Position numbers and translations under genes: made by a program. Under the pieces are notes generated by a model. It saw only the letters and a program-made list of their open reading frames with translations. It did not search any database and was not told the origin of the DNA. Of a stretch of DNA of 64,000 nt, positions 37,520 to 43,872 are shown piece by piece; the first letter of the stretch is position 1, and every line of letters begins with the position of its first letter. This DNA is from a virus: IMG/VR virus record IMGVR_UViG_3300008261_000042. The stretch is one strand, 5' to 3'.

Positions 37520-37755
37520 CTAAGTTATCCTCTGTTGTAGTAACTCACGCTAAAGATCTTCTCACTATTACAGAGGATCTTAAAGTAAAACCAAAAGAAA
37601 ATCTCTCCACAAGAGAACATCAACTCTTCTGGCGTTATCATGGTCGATTCCCTCAAGAATTTACTCAAGCAATCATTGATTCCCTCCCACCAGAATATGA
37701 TTTCGTTTCCTACAATCATCTCACTAATACACTGGAGGTCTGTCCTCATGTCTGA
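37516..37755 (+). CDS. Hypothetical protein
   Basis: ATGA overlap. Confidence 0.65.
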   Translation: MTKLSSVVVTHAKDLLTITEDLKVKPKENLSTREHQLFWRYHGRFPQEFTQAIIDSLPPEYDFVSYNHLTNTLEVCPHV

Positions 37756-37960
37756 TAAAGAATTAAAAGAACAAGAATCTGTATCTGATCAGTCAGATAA
37801 TATTCTATCCTACATGCAAGATAGATTCTATCAACTAGTACAAGATGATCGTATGGAAGATGCTATCGCTATTGGGGATGAATTTATTGAATGGATGAAA
37901 GATGATGAAGATGAAGTCTTCCTTTATTATAATGAACATGAACTAAAAGAATTACTCTAG
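37748..37960 (+). CDS. Small highly acidic protein
   Basis: GGAGG RBS; D/E-rich. Confidence 0.65.
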   Translation: MSDKELKEQESVSDQSDNILSYMQDRFYQLVQDDRMEDAIAIGDEFIEWMKDDEDEVFLYYNEHELKELL

Positions 37961-37964
37961 AGTA

Positions 37965-38045
37965 TAGTTTTCCACAGGATACGGAACAATTGTGGAAAAA
38001 CCTGTGGAAAACTACTATATTAATAAATGTTTAAATTAATATAGT
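37965..38045. promoter_or_regulatory. Cluster of three TTTTCCACA DnaA-box-like sites plus an AT-rich stretch (candidate origin)
   Basis: TTTTCCACA at 37968 (+), and TGTGGAAAA at 37991 and 38003 (-), followed by ACTACTATATTAATAAATGTTTAAATTAATATAG. Confidence 0.55.
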
Positions 38046-38128
38046 TGTGTGTTCTATTCCTAACATATAGTATAGAGTAAAACCGAGTTTAACAGTGGAA
38101 ATGTTCTGAAATGTACGGAGGTGATGTT

Positions 38129-38279
38129 GTCTTAGCACGCCTGCTACCGAAAGTCAAGCCAGTGTATGCCAGTTCTCAAAGTGGCACAGAGACCCTTGAC
38201 AACTCGATGTCAACCACTCTTGTGCCAGTTCATTGAGTGTCACAGTGGGCTTGACAACCCCTAGGATCTCGGATATACT
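38129..38279. promoter_or_regulatory. Divergent promoter complex with two palindromes
   Basis: Palindromes at 38166-38188 and 38221-38244. Rightward promoter TTGACA(38251)-17-TATACT(38274). Leftward promoter TTGACT(38157)-17-TAAGAC(38134). Confidence 0.7.
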
Positions 38280-38408
38280 AGGGTCATGGAAATCAAGGAA
38301 TTCCAAGATTTCCGAAAATCTCAAAAATCGAAAAAGTCTAAAAAGTCAAATTTTAAGATTTTAAGATTTTTGAGAAACTTAACATTTAACCTTTAACCAT
38401 TAACAAAC

Positions 38409-38651
38409 ATGATTAACATTACTAACATTGATTCTAATGCAATTGCAACTATCAATGTAAATGAAAAAACCAGTACTGTAGGTATTACCTATGTTAGTAG
38501 TGGTAAAGAGTATAACTATGCTCTTAATGGTATTACTGTACAGGACTTTGTTAGTTCTGTGAACAATGTTATTGAAAACAACCAAAGTGTGGGTCGTTTC
38601 GTTAACAAAGCGATCCGAGAGGACCAGACGCTGCAGATTATGGCAGTTTGA
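38409..38651 (+). CDS. KTSC-like small protein
   Basis: DSNAIATI......V.ITYVSSGKEYNY.....SVGRFVN resembles the KTSC pattern. Confidence 0.55.
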   Translation: MINITNIDSNAIATINVNEKTSTVGITYVSSGKEYNYALNGITVQDFVSSVNNVIENNQSVGRFVNKAIREDQTLQIMAV

Positions 38652-38701
38652 GTCCTAAATATTACGAAACTGTAACAAAAAGGAACAGAAACTAGACAAA
38701 A

Positions 38702-38866
38702 ATGGCAAAATCAACTCGTAAATACACAGAATCTTTTAAAGATCTGAACCTTGAAGATGACTTCGAGAACTTCGGTTATGAAGTTCAGAATCAGAAACGT
38801 TATTCAACTAGGAATAAACGTCAGACCAAATTCAAGGATTACGATGATCATGTAGACTGGGATTGA
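38702..38866 (+). CDS. Hypothetical protein (54 aa)
   Basis: Translated by hand: MAKSTRKYTESFKD...DYDDHVDWD. A late-like CTAAATA lies upstream. Confidence 0.6.
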   Translation: MAKSTRKYTESFKDLNLEDDFENFGYEVQNQKRYSTRNKRQTKFKDYDDHVDWD

Positions 38867-38875
38867 ATAACATTA

Positions 38876-38897
38876 GGGGCAGCAATGCCCCTTTTTT
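38876..38897 (+). terminator. Rho-independent terminator
   Basis: GGGGCA-GCAA-TGCCCC-TTTTTT. Confidence 0.85.
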
Positions 38898-38944
38898 ATT
38901 CACTTTCGATTGTATATTATCTGGTGTCTGGTGGGATGACACCT

Positions 38945-39001
38945 AGCCAGTTCCAGAAGTGGCACACAGAGGCTTCCAGGTGGGTCTGGTGGCTGTATTG
39001 T
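38945..39001 (+). promoter_or_regulatory. Palindrome plus promoter with weak -35
   Basis: AGCCAGTTccagAAGTGGCACA ... TG-TATTGT. Confidence 0.55.
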
Positions 39002-39026
39002 TGATGAGTCAACCACAGACACCACG

Positions 39027-39191
39027 ATGAAATTCTTCTTCAGCTTCAAGGCTTTCTACTTTGCACTGAACTTCAAGAATCGTCACCATATGGAGGAGGC
39101 ATTTGGTCTTGCCTTTGGTGATTATTACACTGGCTATTACTATGGTGATGGCTGGTGTGCTGGTAAGCTTGACGCCAACGGCTGCCTGTGA
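39027..39191 (+). CDS. Hypothetical aromatic-rich protein (54 aa)
   Basis: Translated by hand: MKFFFSFKAFYFALNFKNRHH...CAGKLDANGCL. Confidence 0.55.
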   Translation: MKFFFSFKAFYFALNFKNRHHMEEAFGLAFGDYYTGYYYGDGWCAGKLDANGCL

Positions 39192-39245
39192 CACCTGACA
39201 AGCTGGCACATGAGGGATAGACACCCTCCCGTCAGCTGCTATACT
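39187..39245 (+). promoter_or_regulatory. Palindrome plus early promoter
   Basis: TGTGACACCTgacaAGCTGGCACA, then TAGACA, 16 nt spacer, TG-C-TATACT. Confidence 0.65.
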
Positions 39246-39269
39246 AACAGAGTCAACCAAAGACACATC

Positions 39270-39443
39270 ATGCAGAACTATTTCAACACCAGGATAGTTG
39301 AACGCCACCAGGATCACATTGATCTGAACAATAGCATGGCTGAGTTCTCCAATTTCATGCTATCAATGGAATCACTGCTGACTGAATCTGACAAGGTATG
39401 GTGGGCAGACCAGAAGAAGTTCTTTATTTGTTACGACGTATGA
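39270..39443 (+). CDS. Hypothetical protein
   Basis: First ATG after the promoter; 57 aa. Confidence 0.6.
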   Translation: MQNYFNTRIVERHQDHIDLNNSMAEFSNFMLSMESLLTESDKVWWADQKKFFICYDV

Positions 39444-39521
39444 CAGTTGACACGCTTGGGTTCGGTGGCGATGCCGTCACCATGTTAGGATTCGTGGGGG
39501 TGACAGCCACCCTCTTTATCC

Positions 39522-39695
39522 TTTTTACAATTTTTAGAAGTTATGCAAATTCACCAATTCGCAAATAACTGAAAATTGTAAAAATCTAAAAAAGTCAAAA
39601 AGTTAAAAATTTAAAAAACTTAATTTTTTGACTTTTTTAGATAATTAGATAAAGTTAATCTTTAAAGATTAACATTTAACCATTAACCATTAACA
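39522..39695. repeat. Tandem AT-rich inverted repeats plus TTAACCA repeats (structured leader)
   Basis: 13 bp IR at 39522/39584, 17 bp IR at 39585/39641, and a perfect 20 bp palindrome at 39654-39673. Confidence 0.8.
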
Positions 39696-39701
39696 TTCTT
39701 T

Positions 39702-39827
39702 ATGGAAAACAACTTATTTCTTGAATATGTAAATCAAGAACTACAATACTATAAAGAATACATTGAAGACTATGAATACGATGATTATAGTATAGGAGAG
39801 AGTCTAGAATATACTATAGCTGAATAG
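39702..39827 (+). CDS. 41 aa Glu/Asp/Tyr-rich microprotein
   Basis: MENNLFLEYVNQELQYYKEYIEDYEYDDYSIGESLEYTIAE. Confidence 0.5.
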   Translation: MENNLFLEYVNQELQYYKEYIEDYEYDDYSIGESLEYTIAE

Positions 39828-39923
39828 CTATAGTATAGAATATAAAGAATAGAATAACATATTCTATTCTTTATATACAGTACAAAATATAAAGAATAAA
39901 ACAGTGTTGTTTTATTCTTTATA
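39810..39923. repeat. Three consecutive perfect hairpins (12, 17 and 16 bp stems)
   Basis: TATACTATAGCT-gaat-rc; ATATAAAGAATAGAATA-aca-rc; TATAAAGAATAAAACA-gtgt-rc. Confidence 0.9.
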
Positions 39924-39954
39924 CAAACCACAGTTCTTTATTCTAATCACCAAA

Positions 39955-40167
39955 ATGTTTGACACTTCGATGATGATTTCCATGCTCCGTAAGGGTAGCA
40001 ATGGCTTTGAAATCCTGCAGATTCTTGATACTATCACCGATGATTCGGTGGAGTCAGTATCACAAATTGTCAAGGTGCTAAGTGACACTATCTCAACAGC
40101 AGTAGATGATACTGAAGCTGAAACAGTTAGTTACAACAACCCTACTCTAGATTTCATCAAATTCTAG
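39955..40167 (+). CDS. Hypothetical protein
   Basis: MISMLRKGSNGFEILQILDTIT. Confidence 0.65.
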   Translation: MFDTSMMISMLRKGSNGFEILQILDTITDDSVESVSQIVKVLSDTISTAVDDTEAETVSYNNPTLDFIKF

Positions 40168-40173
40168 TCAGTG

Positions 40174-40231
40174 TGTGCCACTTATCTTAGTGGCACATAA
40201 TTCTCCCATTTTGAATTTGTCTGGGTTATTG
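40174..40231 (+). promoter_or_regulatory. Perfect palindrome plus -10 (no canonical -35)
   Basis: TGTGCCACT-tatctt-AGTGGCACA, then TATTGT. Confidence 0.6.
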
Positions 40232-40283
40232 TTGTTTTGTGGTTGAGAAAAACCACATTTTTCACCTGAATCTTTTTCCACAA

Positions 40284-40619
40284 GTGAACAGCTACTCTTT
40301 CCCTCCTGCTGATGATCTGATCTCTGTATTTTCGGAGATAGATTATAACAAACTGATTCGCCAGTTTGTTATGCTTACTGCCACCGTGGTTGCTATCATC
40401 GTTGGCACAACAGTTTGGTTTTACAACCGTGTCCGCCAATGGTATACAAACGGTGGTAAAGAACAGGTAATTAGTATTATCAACCGTTCGGCACTGTTTA
40501 TCAACAATCGGACGGGCTTGATTGATAAGATCTCTGCACATGTAGTTAAGTTCTACAACCGTGTGGAGTTTGTATATCATTCTCTCACAGATTTGGCAGA
40601 GGGAGTATATAAAATGTGA
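40284..40619 (+). CDS. Hypothetical membrane protein
   Basis: TM segment FVMLTATVVAIIVGTTVWFY. Start uncertain (GTG at 40284 or 40239). Confidence 0.6.
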   Translation: MNSYSFPPADDLISVFSEIDYNKLIRQFVMLTATVVAIIVGTTVWFYNRVRQWYTNGGKEQVISIINRSALFINNRTGLIDKISAHVVKFYNRVEFVYHSLTDLAEGVYKM

Positions 40620-40672
40620 CACTAATACTAGTGGCACAGTAAAAGAGCACTGTGCCCAAAATCGTGTATTCT
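40615..40672 (+). promoter_or_regulatory. Palindrome plus -10
   Basis: TGTGACACTAatacTAGTGGCACA, then TG-TATTCT. Confidence 0.6.
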
Positions 40673-40696
40673 AGTTTCTGTTGAGTTAATTCTTCA

Positions 40697-40873
40697 ATGT
40701 TCGCTATCACCTCCACTGAAACGTACAATGAGGCAAATGCAGAGGTATTTGCAAGCTTTGATGATGCAAACGATGCTGCATTTGACTGGTCTGTTGAGCT
40801 TAACGGTCGCCCCGTTATTGTATGGAAACTGACCCGTGCTAATCCTATCAAATGGATGAAAGTCACCGCCTGA
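40697..40873 (+). CDS. Hypothetical protein (58 aa)
   Basis: Translated by hand: MFAITSTETY...DAAFDWSVEL.G..V.VW.....PIKWMKVTA. Confidence 0.65.
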   Translation: MFAITSTETYNEANAEVFASFDDANDAAFDWSVELNGRPVIVWKLTRANPIKWMKVTA

Positions 40874-40896
40874 TTCTTTACACAAACTCAAACGCC

Positions 40897-41070
40897 ATGT
40901 TCATCACAAACTCTTTCGCTGATTCTGATAAAGCTTGCCAGATTGCGATGGCAAATTATAAGAAACAGATCGAACGTGAGAATCACTATCGCCAGCAAGT
41001 TCGGGATGGCATAATACCAGCCCCAAACTATAATTATACTCAAACCTGGGATATTTCAGACAGAGACTAA
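40897..41070 (+). CDS. Hypothetical protein
   Basis: 57 aa ORF ending WDISDRD. Confidence 0.6.
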   Translation: MFITNSFADSDKACQIAMANYKKQIERENHYRQQVRDGIIPAPNYNYTQTWDISDRD

Positions 41071-41133
41071 CAACAATGGGGGAGCAATCGCTCCCCCTAT
41101 CTAACACAAACTCATCGCCAATTCTTAACAACA

Positions 41134-41328
41134 ATGCAGCTCGCATTTGTCACCCCAAAATCTAACAAAGCCAAAAACAGATTCTCTAATCTAATGGAGA
41201 AACATCCTGGCTGCATAGTAGAACAAATCAAAGGCAATCGGGTGTTTTTGAGATCACAAAATGATCGCAACTTTTTCTGGGTTGATATTAATAATGACAG
41301 CGATTGGGGAATAGTTTTTAATACATAG
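41134..41328 (+). CDS. Conserved small cyanophage protein
   Basis: V.PKS.KAKNRF.NLM.....C.VEQ...FL.S.N...FFWV....D.DW. Confidence 0.7.
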   Translation: MQLAFVTPKSNKAKNRFSNLMEKHPGCIVEQIKGNRVFLRSQNDRNFFWVDINNDSDWGIVFNT

Positions 41329-41425
41329 CAAACGTTATGTATTTCTATCATTTAGCAAACGTTATGTATTAATAATACATAGCAAACACTATGTGATAGA
41401 AATACATAGCAAACGCTATGTGATT
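41320..41425. repeat. Four copies of the mini-hairpin ACATAGC-AAAC-G(C/T)TATGT
   Basis: Copies near 41323, 41352, 41377 and 41404. Also a 15 bp IR TATGTATTTCTATCA / TGATAGAAATACATA. Confidence 0.85.
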
Positions 41426-41437
41426 ATTAACAACAAT

Positions 41438-41495
41438 GTGGACAGTTGTGAGAGTGTCCACTATTCTCACCACTGCCCCTGTTATCCTGTATTGT
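41438..41495 (+). promoter_or_regulatory. Palindrome plus -10
   Basis: GTGGACAGTTgtgaGAGTGTCCAC, then TG-TATTGT. Confidence 0.6.
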
Positions 41496-41524
41496 AGTTT
41501 CTGTTGAGCCAATTCACCTCACAA

Positions 41525-42283
41525 ATGACTCTCAAATTCTCCAAGGGTAACGCTAAGCTTGGCACTCACACTTTGATTTTCAATCTACCTGCAGGCAAGA
41601 CATGTCCTGGTGCTATGTATTGCAAATCGTTCGCCATTATTGATGAGAATGGCAAGCGTAAGATTCAAGACGGTGAGCATACAGAATTCCGCTGCTTTGC
41701 AGCATCATCGGAGGCACAATATGATGCCCCTTTCTATAATCGTAAAGAGAATCTAGAGACAATTGTAGAATATCTGCGAGTTTCAGTTGATTATGCTGCA
41801 GAGCAAATTAGCGTTGCTTTGAATCATCATCGGACCCGTAAAACCGAGCTAGTTCGTATACACGAGTCTGGCGACTTTTTCTCTCACGCTTACTTGCAAG
41901 CTTGGGTTAAAGTTGCACAAATCAACCCTGATTTGAAGTTTTATTGTTATTCCAAATCTCTGCCAATGTTCGTCGATTTCGGTATAGCAAACCTGCCCGA
42001 TAATTTCTACCTTACTGCATCTTACGGCGGTGCATTTGATAGTTTAATCGATGCTGGATTGTTCCCCCGTTACAGTAAAGTAGTGATGACCGATGATGAT
42101 GCTAACTCGCTCGGTTTAGAAGTTGATCACGACGATACACACTGTTTTGGTAACAAACCGTTCGCACTGTTAGTGCACTCAACCCAGCCTAAAGGTTCGG
42201 CTTGGGGTAAGGCAATCCATGCACGCCGTAAGGCTAACAAATTCAGCGGTTACAGTAAGGGTAAGAAACCAGTGGCAGCTTAA
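41525..42283 (+). CDS. GP88-family protein (radical-SAM-like, Cys-containing)
   Basis: GNAKL...FNLPAGKTCPGA..C...CFA...VRIHESGDFFS..Y..AW...A...PD..FY.YSK...P.N....S is the characteristic GP88 pattern. Confidence 0.8.
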   Translation: MTLKFSKGNAKLGTHTLIFNLPAGKTCPGAMYCKSFAIIDENGKRKIQDGEHTEFRCFAASSEAQYDAPFYNRKENLETIVEYLRVSVDYAAEQISVALNHHRTRKTELVRIHESGDFFSHAYLQAWVKVAQINPDLKFYCYSKSLPMFVDFGIANLPDNFYLTASYGGAFDSLIDAGLFPRYSKVVMTDDDANSLGLEVDHDDTHCFGNKPFALLVHSTQPKGSAWGKAIHARRKANKFSGYSKGKKPVAA

Positions 42284-42295
42284 ATATAGAGAATT

Positions 42296-42321
42296 GGGGG
42301 CAAATCTGCCCCCCTTTTTTT
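42296..42321 (+). terminator. Rho-independent terminator
   Basis: GGGGGCA-AATC-TGCCCCC followed by a T8 run. Confidence 0.85.
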
Positions 42322-42474
42322 ATACAAACTCCTAGGGTGTGCCAATTCCCGAACTGACCCAATTTTTCGGTTTTGTATCACCACGAACATCCGAGAGATC
42401 TGAGATCGTCTATATTAGTTTCAACGAGGGGGGGAGAGATCCACACCTCGTTATCACAAACTACCCCAAGGGTT

Positions 42475-42765
42475 ATGTTCAACTCCACTCGCTTTTTCTG
42501 CCTCACTGGTAACGCTGAGGCTCTGGCAGTTAGCCTCATCGAAAACCCCAAAATCATCGGTCCTAAGCGTGCACAAATGCTCTTTAATCTGGCCACTGAA
42601 GGTGAGAACAAAATAGGCCGAAATGCACTGCAAAAGTGTGCACAAGCTGCGAACCGCCATCGTGTTATTTTCAACGGCGAGGTTATGCACAACAATCGGG
42701 TGTTCAGCAAAGCATCAACTAAGCGCCTGATGTTCTGGGCTCAAAATAAGAATACCCCTGTCTGA
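42475..42765 (+). CDS. Hypothetical basic protein
   Basis: ATG at 42475, downstream of the palindrome at 42338 and a TATATT -10. IGPKRA resembles a helix-hairpin-helix turn. Confidence 0.6.
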   Translation: MFNSTRFFCLTGNAEALAVSLIENPKIIGPKRAQMLFNLATEGENKIGRNALQKCAQAANRHRVIFNGEVMHNNRVFSKASTKRLMFWAQNKNTPV

Positions 42766-42822
42766 GTTAGCATCACAAATGGGGGCAATCTGCCCCCTTC
42801 CAAAATCTCACAAATTCCCAAA

Positions 42823-43095
42823 ATGTCTGTTTCTTTCAACATCAGCGATTCCATGCTTTATCGCCAGTTTAGTGTAGAAGAATCCTCCGCTATCTACTGC
42901 ATTTCAGTGTTACATAACAACGTAACTGTTGCCTACCATAGCAACACTGAAAAACAGTACATTTTCAGGGCTAGCGATATTTTTGCCCCCGTCATTCGTG
43001 ACGCCATTCGTCACTTTAACCCCGCCGAAATTAGCATCGGCAAGCTGATAGCCAAGGCACGTAAAGTAGGCGATCTGGAAATAATAAATATCTGA
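42823..43095 (+). CDS. KTSC-like small protein (paralog of 38409)
   Basis: ESSAIYCI.V..N.V.VAY.SN..K.Y.F.....SIGKLI. Confidence 0.55.
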   Translation: MSVSFNISDSMLYRQFSVEESSAIYCISVLHNNVTVAYHSNTEKQYIFRASDIFAPVIRDAIRHFNPAEISIGKLIAKARKVGDLEIINI

Positions 43096-43128
43096 CACTT
43101 TCCTAGATATAATTATATCTAAGATCTT

Positions 43129-43157
43129 GAGGGTAATTATAATTACCCTCTTTTTTT
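43129..43157 (+). terminator. Rho-independent terminator
   Basis: Perfect palindrome GAGGGTAATTATAATTACCCTC followed by T7. Confidence 0.85.
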
Positions 43158-43159
43158 AT

Positions 43160-43520
43160 GTTTTGAAATAAAATATAATTTAACGATTTGCAGAGTATTA
43201 TTAATACATAACATATACTAAGTATTAATAATACACAGTATATGCAGATTAATTAGAATCAACAATTAATCATATTTGCAGAATATTAATAATACATAGC
43301 ATATACAATGTATTATTAATACATAACGATTGCAGATTATTAATAATACAATAAAATCGTAATTTCACAATAATTAGAATTAACAATAAATTACGATTTT
43401 ATTGTATTATTAATAACAATCAAATAGTATTGCAAAGTATTAATAATAACAGCTAATTACGATTGCAAAGTAATTATAATTAACAGTTAATCGTAATCGT
43501 TCGTTTATTATAATAAACGA
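43160..43520. repeat. Very AT-rich non-coding region of direct and inverted repeats
   Basis: About 5 TTGCA(G/A)A..ATTAATAATA(CA) units, a perfect 29 bp IR (43337-43365 / 43388-43416) and a 20 bp palindrome at 43501-43520. Confidence 0.85.
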
Positions 43521-43659
43521 TAAGCGTCCCCAAAAAAGTACCTTCTTTCTAAGCTATAAACGTTTCCCAGAGCCCGATAAATATTAAAAGGAATTTCCAA
43601 AGTGAAATCCCCCGATTCCAAAAAAATTTCCCAGAAAATTTTTCGCTAAAAAAGTCGCC

Positions 43660-43872
43660 ATGAAACAACGAGTAACTTACAAGACCAAGGATGGTTCGTT
43701 GAGAGAACAAGTATTTGATGATTTCAATGAATTCGCAGATCTCATCCAAGACGCCGCCATGGACTACTATGCTGGTGGGCAACCTGAGATGAGCGTAGAG
43801 ACAATGTATGACAATATGGTAAAGAAGGAGAAAGTAACAAATAATGAACCAAGACCTGAACTCCTTGATTGA
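43660..43872 (+). CDS. Hypothetical protein, first gene of the late baseplate cluster
   Basis: 70 aa ORF. Confidence 0.7.
   Translation: MKQRVTYKTKDGSLREQVFDDFNEFADLIQDAAMDYYAGGQPEMSVETMYDNMVKKEKVTNNEPRPELLD

Noticed and set aside
39455-39515. tRNA-like sequence (GGTTCG, GC-rich stems)
   Set aside because: No cloverleaf, acceptor stem or CCA arrangement could be built.
38166-40638. Palindromes as NtcA or CRP sites
   Set aside because: Half-site spacing does not match GTA-N8-TAC or TGTGA-N6-TCACA.
41320-41425. CRISPR-like mini-array
   Set aside because: The repeats are 18 nt with spacers of only about 6-11 nt, and there are no cas genes.
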